A stretch of DNA of 64,000 nt from the NCBI GenBank assembly GCA_048772705.1, contig JBLWGC010000205.1:1-64000 (forward strand), in the 5' to 3' direction. A program made the translations under genes and the position numbers. The notes beneath the pieces are model-generated. The model made no database searches, was not told the DNA's origin, and was given only the letters and a program-made list of their open reading frames with translations. The stretch comes from Leidyana gryllorum EB-2025a. Lineage: Eukaryota; Protista; Apicomplexa. Of the stretch, positions 41,690-56,172 are shown piece after piece. Position 1 is the first letter of the stretch, and the number at the start of each line of letters is the position of its first letter.

Positions 41690-41742
41690 CCTGACTCAAG
41701 ACACACCTGCACCTTTTCTCTTCTTTTTGCTGCCCGACAGCC

Positions 41743-44096
41743 ATGTTGAAGGCTTTAGGCTCTTTGGCTATCGCAGGATGGATTGGTTACAGTGTCAAGC
41801 AGTTCGTAACGGTGACCGCCCCGCCCAGCTGTAAAGGCGACCCGGCCAGTCATGACTGTCTAAGCCCCCTCGCGCCTCTCGGCACAGCCTACCAGTTACA
41901 CACTTACCTCTCGGAGTCCCCTCCCACCTCGTTGGGGATGAGTCCAGACAAAGCCATCCCGATCCCGCGTGTCGGCTCGGCGGGCCGTCTCGAGTATCTC
42001 GGGGCCTTCCAGACCGTCGTTGGGGAGGAGGACATTTGTGGCGCCACCACTGTGGTGCGCCACAATCCCCTTCACGACGAGACGGATGCGATGAGTAGTG
42101 CATCACGTCTGGTTCACGAACCGGTGAAGCGTGGCTGGCTGGGTCGGCTATTCGGCTCCAAACGTAAATGTGTTTCGGCTATCGACCTCACATTGCCCCC
42201 CGAATGGCGTTCTAATGCTACGAATCTGTTCCTCACCGCGGTGGCTGTGGACGGCAAAGCTCCCGGAAAGAATCCAGCGCCATTCCGTCCTGTCATCAAT
42301 CGGGTGACAATGCTCTATGCCCCAGGTGAGCCGTTGCCCCAACTCGCCGCTGCCCCAACTCGCCGTCTCCCCACAGAAAAGAAGCTCCGCGCCCACAAAC
42401 GACTGCTTCTGCGACAAAGAGCCGATGATCCAAAGATCCTCGAAGCGGCGCTGGAGGCTAAAGCCAAAGAGAATCCCACCGCCTCAGTCCCCAAGAGAGT
42501 TCTGGTGGGCCCAATAGAGCTGACTGATGCAAACGCAACGAGTCTCCGATCAATGGGATTCCGGCATTGGATTCAGGGGAAGGTGAGACGACGGGGCAGG
42601 CAGACCAGACACTGCTCACTCTCTCCTCCTCCCCGACAGACCTTCTCTCCCTCACTATATTTGGATACAATGGTGTCTCCGCGAGATGAGTATCAGTCCC
42701 TCGTTTGGACTCCCGATGACACACCTATCGTTATGCGAGTGGAACTCGCCCCCGTCTCGTGGCGCAAACAGGCTTTGGTACACATCTTTGACAAATCCTT
42801 TGACTACATGGAGTCCAATCTCGGAACCTCCCGCTACGACTCGGACAGCTTGAAGCTTTTGGTGCGTCCCGAACTGTCGCTCTCGATGATAATCGCACTC
42901 TCTGCAGCTCGCTGGCGAATCTCCGGTGATTCTGTTGATAACGTTCGTTGTCTCGGGGCTCCATATGGTATTCGAGTTCCTGGCGCTCTCCTCCAACCTT
43001 TCCCACTTCAACGAAACCACAAAGGACGCCGCGCGTTCGGAACGCGTCTCGGTGAGCATTCGGGAGTCTTCCAGAAACTCATTCTTAACAACAGAGACGA
43101 GCGGTGGCCATTGATACAGTACTGGAAGTATTCATTCTGGCGTGGCTCAGAGATGAGGGTGAAGCGACTTTGGTTCAGATCATGTTGGCGGTGAAGATTG
43201 CATTCAATCTGTGGCGCTATTTCAAACTCGCCTCGTGAGTCGTTCTCCTTCTCCCCCCTCACGGAACCCTACCGCAGGATGCAGAAGAAGCCAAAGGCGA
43301 AGGCCAGCGCTAAGGCCAAGTTGGGTAAACAGATTGGAGACAAAGCAGCCGCCAGCGCCGAAGCAGAAACCGGCAGCGGAGACGAGACCGAAGAGCGAGA
43401 AGGGGACAGTGGAACCTCGTCTACTCTCAAACTCAGTTGGAAGGATGCCTTCTCGCTACAAAGGCTGAGAGCTCGAAGAGACAGGGAGTCGGCAGAAGAT
43501 TTTGAACAGGGATGTCTCGTTGCGCTGACCACCGTCATGATACCCATCGGAATAGCCTTTGGCCTCTACCAACTCATATGGGTTCCTCAAAAAGGATGGT
43601 AAGTTGACGACTCGGACGCTCGGTACCACTGTCACCGGTTTGTTTACGCAGGGTGAGCTGGGTGATCAAGTCGTGCGCTATGAGCAGTTACGTCGGAGGG
43701 TTCGTCGCAATGACGCCTCAACTATACAAGAACTTCTACTTCAAGAGCGTGGAGCATCTACCCTGGACGACTTTGACGTATCAATTTTTGAACACGATCA
43801 TCGATGATTTGTTCAGCTTCTTGATCCGGATGCCGAAAGCACACAGAGTGTCCGTCTTCCGCGACGATATCATATTCGTGATCTACTGGATTCAGGTGGG
43901 TTTGGGATTAATAGAGTGTGTGCACACACGTGTGTGGCAGAAACGGCATTACCGCTCGAAAAGCGACACTGCCGAGGGCGAGAGACCTGCGGAGACGGCA
44001 GACACCAAAGTGGTTGATACAAAGACCAAAGCTTTGCCCCAAGGTGTACGACAGAGAATAAAGAAGGAAGAAAAACTCAAGCAGTCCGGTCAGTAG
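41743..44096 (+). CDS. CLPTM1: CLPTM1-family ER membrane protein
   Basis: LHMVFEFLA, GFVAMTPQLYKNFYFKSVEHLPW, FLNTIIDDLFSF, FRDDIIFVIYWIQ. Confidence 0.9.
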
Positions 44097-44390
44097 GTAG
44101 AAATAGGGGTAAAAAAAAGTGGTAGGGTGAACATGTGTTGGCGGTCGGTAAAGTTTGGTGTCTGTTTCGACGCCGTTTACGGTGCGGAGAGTCGAGATCA
44201 GATACGGTGGCGTGCGGACCCAAGCTGTTTGCCGTTAAACTGAGGGTCAAGACGACGGGATTGTGGACTGACGGTCGGAAATCCTCAGTAATCGGGCCGC
44301 CGGGCCAATTCCGATCGATCGTGCGGCCGTGGGGGAGTGCAAAAAAGATATTTTGATCCTCTTTGACGGGACCGCTCTCTAGCAGCGGGG

Positions 44391-47300
44391 ATGTCCCGGA
44401 CGGTACGCAACTGGTGCGACATATGTCGTGACTTACAGCCGGACATAGCATGTAAGTACTTTGGCAAAGCATTCTCAAGCAATTTTGTAGGCATTACCGA
44501 GGGCTGTGGCAAGAAGTTCCACGAAGACTGTCTCAGAAACGCCGGCCTCTGGCGAGCCGAAGACGTTCGCGCGGAATATGTGGTAAGACAAACTCCGAAC
44601 ACACTCCTCACTCCATTGCCATTGATCTCGTCAGTGCCCCGACTGCCGGGAATCCAATACCAATGAAAGCTTCTGCTATATTTGCAAGAAGGAGCTTATC
44701 GTAGCCAAGAAGCGCCGCAAACGCACCGATGGAGGACCGCCCCCAAAACGTGTCACTCGTGCCCACTCTTCCAGCAACAGCGACCTGCCAGCCAAAGAAG
44801 CGGAAGCAGAAGCCGCTGCTGCCGAACAAGCAGACGAGGCTGCAAATAATACCGAATCAGGAACAGAGGGCCAAGCACCTCGTCGCTCCAGACGCACCGC
44901 TGCCCTCAAAGCAGCTGCGGCAGCAGCAGCTGAAGGGGGGGCAGAAGAGGATGGAGGCGCCTCAGACGCCGATTCCGCTGCCGAGGAAGGACGCTTAAAG
45001 AAGAGCGATATGACTGCCAATGAGGATTTTGTACTCTGCGATGGGTGTGCCAATAGCGCACACTTACGCTGCCTTGGGCTCACCAGTCTGCCTCAAGAAG
45101 GCGATAGTGATTTGTGGTTCTGTACAGAATGTGACCCCAACAGTGCCACTGCGACCTCAATGGCTCGCCAGGAGGCTGAGCGCCGCGCCGCTGCACTCAA
45201 GTCCAGCAATGCCAACGCCTCCAAGAATAAACTCGGAGGCAACGTCGACATTTGTTACGTCTGTCAGAAAGGTGGAAAGCTTCTGGGCTGCGATTTCTGC
45301 GAACAAGCCTTCCATCCTCGCTGCATTGATGCTGAGTTTCTCGAGTTTGAAGAGGCGCCTCAAAATCAGGCGGCCGCAGACGCTGCAACCCCTTCATCCG
45401 TGGTCAAGCCTGAAGCTGACAAATGGCGATGTCCGATCTGCAAGGGCGAGGATCCACTCAAGAACATGGCCCACAAGCGCCTCAGTCGTACCGCTATGCT
45501 CAAGTTAAGTCGGGAATGGCAGGATTGCATCCGAGTGGCTCACCGCAAGTGCCGCCTCAACCGCGATAAGTTCCTCTGGAACTGCCGAGACACGCTATTG
45601 CCTTTCGTTACTCAAAAGACTATCAATCGACTCAAGAAGCAATTCGCACCCAATAGCCGATGGCCGGAAAAGGCACTTCCCAAGCCTAAGACGCGCGCAC
45701 GGAGACACCACACACGTGTGGACACGGATGATACCACTGAATCTGAGCGGGAAGAACTAAGTCCCGAAGAGTCCCGTCGGGAATTGGAGATAGCTGCGTT
45801 GAAGAGTTACAGGAAGGCTGAACGAGCGGCTAAGAAGAAGGATGACTCCAAGCTACTTAAGGAAGGCGTTCACCTGAAGTCCTACCAGATTATTGGTGTT
45901 GGATGGTTGTTGAACGCTTTCACGAACAAAGCAGGAGCCATTCTTGCGGACGAAATGGGTTTGGGAAAGACCATTCAATGTCTGACGTTCCTGTCTGCTT
46001 TGAAAGCTCTTGATCTGACTGGGCCTCACTTGATTGTGGTTCCTTTGAGTACGGTTGGTAACTGGGCACGTGAGATCCGGAAGTTCGTCCCTCACCTGAA
46101 ATTCGTCAAGATTTGCGGTTCGCGGTTTGAGCGAGAGCACACGATGGCCGATCCAACTGCCTCTCAAGGGTTGTACGACTTGTACATCACGACATACGAG
46201 ACTGTGGTGACGGAAGAGTCGTTCTTTTGCGACAATTTCTCTTGGCAGACACTGATTTTGGACGAAGCCCACCGCATCAAGAACGAGTCGGGTCGAATTC
46301 GTCATTCTTTGGACCGCGTGGCGGCGAATATGCGTGTGCTTCTTACTGGCACTCCATTGCAGAACAACGTCAAAGAGTTGTTCACGTTACTCAATTTCCT
46401 ATTTCCGGACGTCCTTAAAGACAGTGATACATTCGAGAAGGTTTTCAGTAGCAAACCGACTGGTCCACAATCAGCGGTTGACCAAGCGGCGGGTATCAAT
46501 GAGATTCTGGATGCGTCTGCAATCAATGCAGTCACTCATTTGTTGGGCAAAATGATGTTAAGACGCACAAAAGATCTGGTGGTGCGACTGCCACGGAAAC
46601 ACGAGCATGACATTTGGATTCCTTTATCGCCTATGAGTGCATTTTGGTACAAGAAGCTTTTGGATGTGTCTGAAGCAGCGTTCCAGCAGCAGTTGGTCAA
46701 GAAGTTGCTCGGCACAGTGGTCAAAATGCGAATTTGCTGTTGCCATCCACGAGGTTTAGTTACTAGAGACGCCCAGTTAACTCGGTTCAAGGAGGCATTC
46801 ATGTGTCTCGAAGGCGAAGAAGAGATCACCGACTCGGCCAACAGTCTCATTGAATTGGAGGGTGAAGATCACATACGCGCCAGCTCAAAACTGGTCGTAT
46901 TGGACAAACTCCTCACTCAACTACACGTCCAAAACGTCGCTGTCAGCGAGCCTTACCGCCGCGACTATGTACAAAACGTCAAAGATCTTTACGTTCAGAA
47001 CCATCCGCCCCCTCCTCTGCAACCCCCACCTCCCCCTGCCAAGGACTCTTCAGCTTCGAAGAAAAAGTCTGCGAGTACCAAAGCTGCCAACAAGAGCCTC
47101 CCACTGACGGCCAAATCAGGCACAGAAGCGGGCAGCACAAAGGATGAAACCCTGGCCTCCCAGCCCCCACCGACCACTGATGGCGGCCTGGGAGTGGCAC
47201 CACTCACTGAGGGCGGTGCTCTGGCTGCCGGATTGAGTCGCAGTGAACCTCCTTTGGGTGGAACCGCGAGTGAGCTGTCTGTTTCCACCACTTCTGGTGG

Positions 47301-50300
47301 GGCCGTGGCGGCTGCCCCGAAACCTTTGACCGCTCGTCAGATCTCTGAGCGCAGTCGTCGTGAGCGGGCAGCACAAGCCGCCCAGCAACAGGCCGAGTTG
47401 GAAGCCGCGTTGGAGAAGATCGGAGAGACCGCTCTGAATGCCCTGCAGCCCACGGCGCGGGATCAGGAGCTGTTTTACGAGATGATGCAGCCCGCGGTGG
47501 TCCCTGACGCCCCGTTACCTCAGCTTCCCGAAACCTCCGACGTGGAGGACGAAGAGGGAGCGGAGGACGACGGGACTTCGGGTGCTGAACGTCGGGAGGA
47601 GCCGGACGAGGCTGGCGAGGAAGCCGAGGATGAGGCTGAGGAGGAGGAAGACGATGAAGAGGAAGAGGAGGACGACAATGCGATGGCCGAGGAGGGCGCT
47701 GCGAGTGACATGGATGACACTGTGGCGGCTGCTGTGGCTGGACGGAAGGCGGCTCCGAGTGGTGGCACTATGGCTGACAGCAACGAGACAGAGCCTGAGA
47801 ACGACGGAAGTGGTGGTGCGCCCGGTGGCTCTTTTCTGGGTACCAAGGGCACTTCTTCTTTGGCTTCTGGGAGCATTGTGGTTCCCACCGTGGGTGATGA
47901 GGCTGGAGAAGGGTTGCACGGCGGGAGTCCTGGGCTGCCTGTGGCGACGAATTTGCCCCCGGCTGAGCAGTTGGTGAAGGTAAAGGACGAGAAGAAGGAT
48001 CGGATTGCGTTGGATATGATGACTGATGGAGGGGGTGATCTGCCGACGGCGTCAGCTTCGTCTCACAAAGAGTACATTCCGCATAAAGTATTGGTGTTCA
48101 CCCAATTCCAATTGGTATTGGACGAGTTGGAGCGTTATTGTCAGTACCGCGGGTTCAAATATCTGCGGTTGGATGGAAGTACCAACAAAATGATTCGAGA
48201 ATTGGACATTCGGGAGTTCAACTCGCCCCAGAGTACTCATTTGGTGTACCTTATCTGTACCCGGGCGGGTGGTGTTGGTATCAATTTGGTGACGGCTAAC
48301 CATGTGGTATTGTACGATGAGGATTGGAACCCCTTTATTGACCTCCAAGCTATTGATCGCGCACACCGTATTGGCCAAAAGAGGGACGTTCACGTCTGGA
48401 AATTAATAACTGAATGGACTGTGGAGGAACGTATGGCTTTCCGACGGATGCAGAAGCTAAAGTTGGACAAGTTGCTGATTCAGGCCAATGCCGCCGCTGG
48501 AGGCGGTCCCAATGCTGCAGCAGCCGAGTCTGCAACAATGGCCGTGCAGGAAGAAGCGTCAGCGCTGGTCGATGACGGTGCTGCTGCGACTGATGAAAAG
48601 TTCAGTGTTGAGGAAATACATCGTCTGATTCGTCACGGACGTACCGCAATTCAAAAAGTCAGTGGCGAAGATGAGAGGCTGTGGGACAAACCTCTGGAAG
48701 AGGTCTTGGAGAGAGAACGACGAAACCTTCCGGTCATCAGCGAAGAAATTGAAGGCGATCTGATGGACGAGGACGACTTTGAGGATGAGAATGGTGAGTT
48801 TTGTGGTTCGACGTCGACGTCGACAGCAACCAATGACTCCGTTTGGGTCGACCTCCCTTTGCAATCACCGTCCACTGATACTACTGCTGTCCCTTCCTCT
48901 CCCCGTCCGTCGAGCCCCAATCTTCAATCTCCGTTACCCCCTTCTGACGATAACCATCTTTCTGCAGTTCCTGGGAAACAGCGTGTGTCTCTCGTGGAGG
49001 CTTTGGAGCCCGAAGATCGCGAGATATGCAACGGTGGAGGTCCAGGCGGTGCCGGCGACGAGAATGGCGGTTATATACGCGGTGTCAGTGGGAGCGGAGG
49101 CCCGATTATCGGGAGTCGCACGACTTCAACCGATGAAGTGGATGACACTGACGCGGACGGAGACGACAACGAGACGACGGCAGCTGCGGCCGGGAAGAAG
49201 AAAGCGTCTCCGTCGGGTGGGAGCAGTCGACTGAATGCCACCACCAAAGAGGACAGTGATATCAAGAGCCCTCACGTTGAGATTGAGGCGGAGAGTGAGA
49301 TAGTGGACGAAAAGGCGCGTCTCTTGGATCAGAAACGAGCTACGAGGCGGTTACGGAGACGGCAACCGATGGCCTTCCAGCCGGCGAGTGTGGAACCGGT
49401 TAAACCTCGGGTTGAGCGGAAGATCATTCACGACAAAAAGTGTTTCCGATGCGGCAGCGGAGTGAATCCCGCCGACGAGAGCGCCGATCCATTGGTTCCC
49501 TGTCATCGGTGTCCAAAGGTTTACCACAAAAAAGGGTGTCTCGGAGTGGATGAGTTACCCAAGAAGACTTGGACTTGCAGTTGGCACGAGTGCTGTCTCT
49601 GTTTCCGAAAAGGCAGTCAAGCCGGAGGTCTCTTGATTCACTGTGCAGAGTGTCCAACGACATTCTGTTTCGACTGTTTCCCTCCGGAATACCGTCGCTA
49701 CAATCCGCCGGCCACGTACTACGCGGACCTCACCAAACGCGGGTATCCCGCGACAGCCGAGAAACTGGTCCTCTTTCTGTGTTCGAGATGCAAAGCGCTC
49801 AAGGAACAGGCGAGGAGACGGTTGCTGAGTCGTCAACAATTGGAAGCTGAAGCCAAAAAGAGAAAGGAAGCCAACCTGAAAGCCCGAGTGGACGCCCAGA
49901 AGGCAAAGGAAGATCAGATCGGCGGCAACACGAGTAAAAGTGGCACGGGATCTGCTGGAGGCGCCGGAGCGGGAGGGTCTGGAAAACAATCGGCTGATCA
50001 GCGTCGCGAATTCCAACAGCGAAAAAAGAAGATCGATGACATCGATCGTCAATTCAATACCGAAATTCGCGCCGGATATGAAAAGCTGTTCCCTCCCGAA
50101 TTCCTGGCAGCCGTGGTGGAGAAACGCAACGTGTTGGTCAAACAACACGAAGCAGCGACTGCTGCCGCTGCTCTGCCCACAACAACGGCCACCGACGATC
50201 AACCAGCCGCTGCTGCACAGCCGGCGGCCAATACAAAGGATGACAGTCCGGAGGCAGCCGCGGCGACTGGAGGAGACGCCAACGGGGCTGCTGGCAGTGT

Positions 50301-52135
50301 CACTGCCACCAATGGTACTGCCACCAATGGTACTGCCACCAATGGTACTGCCACCAATGGCACTGCCAATGTCACTGGAACAGATGGGGGGTCTCCAGCA
50401 GCTGGAGGGAATGTCAATTTGGGCGGAAGTCAGACGTCTCTGCCACCATCAAAGCCTGTTGGCTCGTCAAAGGCACAGACTGTAAAATCGCCCGGCGAAT
50501 TCCTCAAGTTGTGTGAGAACTGTCATCTCCCCGGCCACGACAGTGCGGCCTGTCCGTTTGTCTCTGAGACTGAGAAGAAGAATATGGCGCCTCCGACGCC
50601 CACAGCAGTAACGGGAGGAGCGGCGGAAGGTGCAGAAGAGGATAAGGCCGGAGAGAAACTGCGAGGCGGTCCACCGAGTACCAAGCGGTTGATCAGATCG
50701 TTTTGTCCAAAGTGTGGTGTGAGTTCTCGCAACCACTTCCGACGTCACTGTGATCTGCTGACGACCGAAGAACTCGAAGAGGTGAGTACACAATTGTGAT
50801 TTATACACAAACTATCATTTATTTGCGCAGTACGAGAAACGTCGCGAGAAGACTCAGGTCTTTATAAAGCTTCTACAACAAGCTCAGGGTGTGGATTTGG
50901 ATCAGACGTCGTTCCGAGGGGTCAATTTGGTCGCGAATTTGGAGGGATGTCGTCGCGCTTTGCAGCGGATGGCTGATGATGTGGTCAACAAGTGTCTGAC
51001 AGAGGCCGAGTTGGGCGACTGTGTCGCAGGACCCGCGGCCACAGCTGCCGCTTTGGGTCCCATGAAGGCCTATTTGCAGAACGGAGGCAGTCTGAGTGGT
51101 GCCTTTGGGGCGGTGGCCGGATCAGTGAAGCGAAAGGATGGAGATCGCGCCCCGTCGCGCAGGAAACGGTCGCGAATGGACTCGGCAGGAATGGGAGGCG
51201 CCGCTGGAAGCCCCGACGGAGGGGATAATATAGAGCAGACGGGCGGTGATACCGATGATCCGAGTTATGTAAGCCATCGGGAAGATGAGGGGAACGATGA
51301 ATACTTCATCCTTCTTCAGTCGCCTCGCAAGAAGAGCCGCGTGGCCAACGGCGAGGGCATCGGAGGCGCTGATCGTAGTGGTGATCAGGGCGACGACGGA
51401 AGTGATGTCAACGGCGGCCAAGCCTCCAGAGCTCCCAGGAGACCCAGACGAGCCAATCCTCGAGTAAACTTCCGCGACCTCGAAGCCTCCCCAGTCGAGG
51501 ACGACAATGCGTCCATGGAAGACGGACCCAGTGAACCCGAAGCAGTCCCCGGAATAACCATAGATTTGCGCAAGCAGGCCGTATCACCCAGAGTGTCAGC
51601 TCAGCAGCAGAGCCAAATGGCCGCGCGCCGAATGAGTGGCGGAAGCCCTCACCTCATGCCGCAGTCACACGGGAGAAGACCCAGCATGGATAGCGGTGCT
51701 GCGGCTGGACCCCAAATCGACTTGAATGGCAGAGGCCCCACCTTTAGCTCTATCGGCCCACCAAGAATGCCACCAGTAGGAGCTGATCAGTCCCGCTTGC
51801 CACCCTCCAGATGGCATCACGGCCCAGGCGTCGCTGCAGCTGGATTGAACCCGCCCCGAATGAGCGTCGCTGCAGCGGCACAAATGATGGGAGCTCACCA
51901 TGCCGCAGCAGCATGGGGCTATCCTCCGAGTGCCGCAGCAATGATGAATGTTCCTCATAGAGGATATTTCCCAGCTCCAATGATGGCCCCTCCCGGCCAG
52001 CAATGGCCTCCACAACTAACATATGCCCAGCAACAAGCAGCTGCTGAGATGTGGCGTGCTCAGCAACAGTATGCTGCAGCAGCAGCCGCTGCTCAGCAAC
52101 AGCACCATGGGCCGCCTCCGCGAGGACCTTCTTAG
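44391..52135 (+). CDS. ISWI: SNF2-family chromatin remodeller with multiple PHD fingers (apicomplexan ISWI-like)
   Basis: N-terminal PHDs, ADEMGLGKT, DEAH, TGTPLQNN, QAIDRAHRIGQ, C-terminal PHD cluster and CCHC knuckle CENCHLPGHDSAAC. Confidence 0.88.
50302..50361 (+). repeat. 15-bp coding tandem repeat x4 (TATNG)
   Basis: actgccaccaatggt repeated four times. Confidence 0.9.
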
Positions 52136-52247
52136 TTCACAAGCAGACATCACTTTTGGTACTACTGATAGATCAGTTGAAGGGAAAGAGTTAGAACTTC
52201 TCGCCAACTTATGAATAGATTCGAACTTTGATGACGATTGAAAAAAT

Positions 52248-55200
52248 ATGATTGAGCCCTGGTTACATGAAGCGTTGGCTCCATGTGTGTCGGTGGTCAC
52301 TTCCGACGCCATAAAGAACAGGTTGGGCAGAAGAGTGACTTTGGCGGACCTTATTCGTCCTTTTTGTGGCCTATCATGTTTCACAAGCTATCGTGATCCA
52401 AATGCCCCCCCTTCTCCCGTCAATCTATGTGGCTTCGAGATTACCGAGGGCCATTTAGGGGCAGAGCAACGGGACGCACACACGTGTGCTTTGCTGACTG
52501 CATCTGCTCCTCACAAGTTTCTTACCGCCCCCAGTTCACAGCCACCTCCCGAATCATCCCCTGTGTCCCCTGCCCCGTCGGCAGCCAGATATTCGGCTGC
52601 TGCCAAGCTGACAAACACAGTGTTGCAATCCAGTACGGCCTATGACACACCTTATAATTCAGTGCTTCATACACGACGGCTGGAGATGCATCGCTGGGTC
52701 CATGGGGAGTTGGAGACTCCAGAGGTGCTGGAAATCCACTGGGACACGTTAGTGACGCGCGCGGCACGCGACTACATCGCTGTCGTCATAGCAGTTGACG
52801 CCGAGGAGCCTGATATTGTGGCTGCAGTGTCTCAACTCGCTCATGGGGTGGATCCGAGCAAGAGTCGATTTCATCTCGTAGTTGAATGGGTGGATAATCC
52901 GTTGGCACATTCGCGCGCGCAGCAGGCGCTTGAAACACTGGAAAAGATTTATCCACCAGAGACTTGTGCATTTGTTCGCATTAGTCCACGATCGTCGTCC
53001 GAAGACAGCAGCGAGAGCAATCCAAGATACCAAGCGTATAGGCCTTTCAATCCCGAGGCTCTACAGTTGGCCGCTGCCAAGTTGCGAGAGCCGAATGGAA
53101 CTTTGGCCGGGCCTCTCGCTCGATCGTGCCTTCCGTGGAGTTCATATGATGAGTCGTCAGAGTTTCTGCTGACGCCGGAGAGTTGGAAGTCGCTGGCCGC
53201 TTTGGGTGCCAAGCTGCAGGACTGTTTGGTTCGCATGACGATCGATCGACGGTTGCGAAAGCTTGAGGCTGCCAGTCGGCAACAAAAGAAGGGGTTCAGA
53301 TCTCACGTTCGTAACTATCTGGGGTTGGCCACCGCTTGGCAGCGAGGGCCAAAGACCTCTCAGAATGACGCTGACAGCGATGAGAGCGGCAGTGTGGCTC
53401 AAAGCAGCTCTCCAGGGCAGACGAGCCGTGCTGGAGGTACATTTGGCGTAAGTGTGTATATAATGTGGCCTTCTTCGCTACCGTCTTTCCCGACTCCCCC
53501 ACCCCCAATCTTCTGCACACGTTGTAATGGCCCAACAGCAGCTCACTTTTGCAGTCTGTCACTTGCGGCTCGGCGACTGTTACTTTTGGATCAAAGATTA
53601 CGAGAAGGCCGCCACCACTTATCGAGCTGCGTTGAGTGACTATAAACACGACAAGATTAACGAAGATGGAGCGCAATGCGCTCTCGGAGCCGCAATAGCC
53701 ACAGCACTGAATCCATCGGGATTCATCGGAGACGCTTTGGAGTCTTTGGAAGTGGGAATGAAAATGGCTCCGAGATCGTCACACGTAGGTCACTCCCCAA
53801 AATGTCACCTCGATGTCAACTGTGCACAGCTTATGGGGACTCTCAAAATGGTATTCGTGCGTTTGTGCATTGCTCAAGCAGCAAAGGAACTCGGGAGAGA
53901 GCACTTTGGAGAGCAGACACTGGACATGGCTTTGAGGCACCTGGAGTACGGGTGCCGCAAACTGCTGGAGGATGCCGAGGCCCAAAGCATTGACTCGTCC
54001 GACCCGCTGCGGATGGTAAGTATTGGGCGACGACGGTTCACCGGTTGTCATCTTTGACAATATTCACACAGAAAGCGGCCTACGCCCGGCGAGGGATTCA
54101 ACTGGTCGGAGCGTCAATGGTTCTACAGTGTGTGTCCACTTTACTGCTGGCGTACACTGATTTGATTCGGGGCCGCAGGTCGCCTGAGACCATTCGACAC
54201 GATATCGTGGCCTTTTTGAACCGATGCTTCCCTCCCCGAACAGCCAACGGACCTGTGAGGGTTCTCGGTGTGGCGTCAACATCTCCAAAAGGCTCGCCAG
54301 TGCGGAGAAACAGAGCGTGTTTGCCGTCGCACTTCCGCCGCTGCTACCGACAACAGATCCACGTTCTCTTCAAAGCCGCACTGGCGTTCGAAAAAGCCGG
54401 AGTTCTCGGATGGGCCACACGCTGCTTTGAAGTCCTCTTAGTCCATTCGTTGAGTCTGGGAGTGATCACTCAGCCTCCCTGTTGGCTCGCCACGCGAGGA
54501 TACGGACAATGGAGAGGTGGTATAGTGGCTTTGGAAAGCGCTCTTCCCGCCGACTGTCCCGAGCACTTAGTGCTCCCAGAATTAACGCTCAGCATTCTCG
54601 GAAGCTTAGATGGCAAACCGCGCCCAGTTGCCAGACTCCGAGATCGACTGTCTGAAGCTCACAGAAATAAGGTCGAGTTGCGACTGCCCTTCGCCGTGCC
54701 GCTCATTTGCTCAGTGCAATGGCTCAGACGACGTAAGTATGCAGCTCTCATCTCCAATCTGGAGACCTTCGAGCGCGAAATGAAGCCGCTCCTTCCGCGA
54801 TTCGGACACACCGGCGTAGCTATCGCTCCGGTCGCGACAGCCACACGGTATCAACTGCAGGGCGCGAGCAACGCCTTCGTTCAATTCGACAACACTCTTC
54901 CGCCCTTCGAGCATTTGGTCAAGAAGGGCGATACACAGAGCACCAGACAGCAGTGGCATAACTTGGCTAAACAGCTCGAGAAAGAGGCCACCAGCACCTG
55001 GAAAGGTGATCACGGAGAATGTGCAGAACTTCCAGCGGGAATCGAGACAGAGTTCGCCTGTGTTCTGTTCAACCCGTTGGATGGCATCTCTCTCGCCTGT
55101 ACCAACTTGGAGCTCGTCGCAACCGACAATGTATCACGCTCACGCCCAGTGAACTTTCATTTGGGACCGAAAGAAGCCAAAGTCATTCGATGCCCCTTCA

Positions 55201-56157
55201 AGAGCCCCGAAGATGTACCCGAATGGTCGCTCAGCCGTCTACGACTCCGCACCTGTGATGATGTGATTGTGTGTGATCATGTCTTATCCGACACTGCTCG
55301 TGACGACGGAGGCGGACTCTTCTTTCCGGATGAAGGAGCCTCACCGAAGCGAGAATTGGAAGTCTCAGAGCTGGCAAAGTCGGCAGCCAAATTGATCTCG
55401 TTGTGGGAGGGCACCCCAACCACGGGAAAGCTGTTGAACAAGATGTACAAAAGTCCAAAGCTGATTCCCCCCACTCTCGAGTTGTTTGCTGACACCAGTG
55501 ATCGTGTGACGGAGATATATTGTCACGAGCTTCGAAAACTGCGAGTTCGTGTGAAAGCGGGCACAGCCTCTCTGTCGAAGGTAGTCGTGGGGGTCAACTC
55601 GAGTTCGTTCCTGTTGGAAACCGGTGATGGTGCGTTCGAGTCATACATGGTGATGGAGGCAGAGGGGAGTGAGGTGGCAGAATTTACATTCGGCCTATAT
55701 AGGTGAGCATATCTTGGCGCGTTACAAAAGTGTGTGCACACACAGTTTGGCCGGCGGTCGCCACGGGATTCGGTTTGTAATAATGTCATTGACGGAAGAT
55801 CCGCGTGTTCGTTTGACCGGAGTGGATGTGATGATGACTGTGAGCGGTTTGGTTGATGCTGATCGGCCGATTGAGGTGGGAAGTAGTGGGGTTACGACGT
55901 TGTGTTTGACAAATTTATCACCGGACATCAAGTTGGTTGCCCGGCAAGCGATTTGTAAAGAGGGTGGTTGGTTTGTGTCTGATAGAGTGGTGATAGAGGG
56001 GTTACAGTGGTGGCGGGCGGTAGTAACACGCGGCACGGAAAAGGTTGAATTGTCAGATGAGAGTCCAAGATTGGAAGCGTTAAGGCTTGTTTACCGTGCG
56101 AGTGCTAAAGTTGGCTGGATAGTGGAAGAGCCCCGTCGGTTGCTGATATTGTGCTGA
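52248..56157 (+). CDS. TRAPPC8: TRAPPC8/Trs85 (TRAPPIII subunit)-like
   Basis: 'PCVSVVTS...TLADLIRPF', 'RLGDCYFWIKDYEKAATTYRAALSDYKHDK', 'VLFNPLDGISL'. Confidence 0.72.
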
Positions 56158-56172
56158 GTTTATCTCCAAAAA

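Noticed and set aside
46950-48070. Large acidic/low-complexity insert in the SNF2 helicase as an intein or mobile element
   Set aside because: No intein or endonuclease motifs. Low-complexity insertions are common in apicomplexan proteins.
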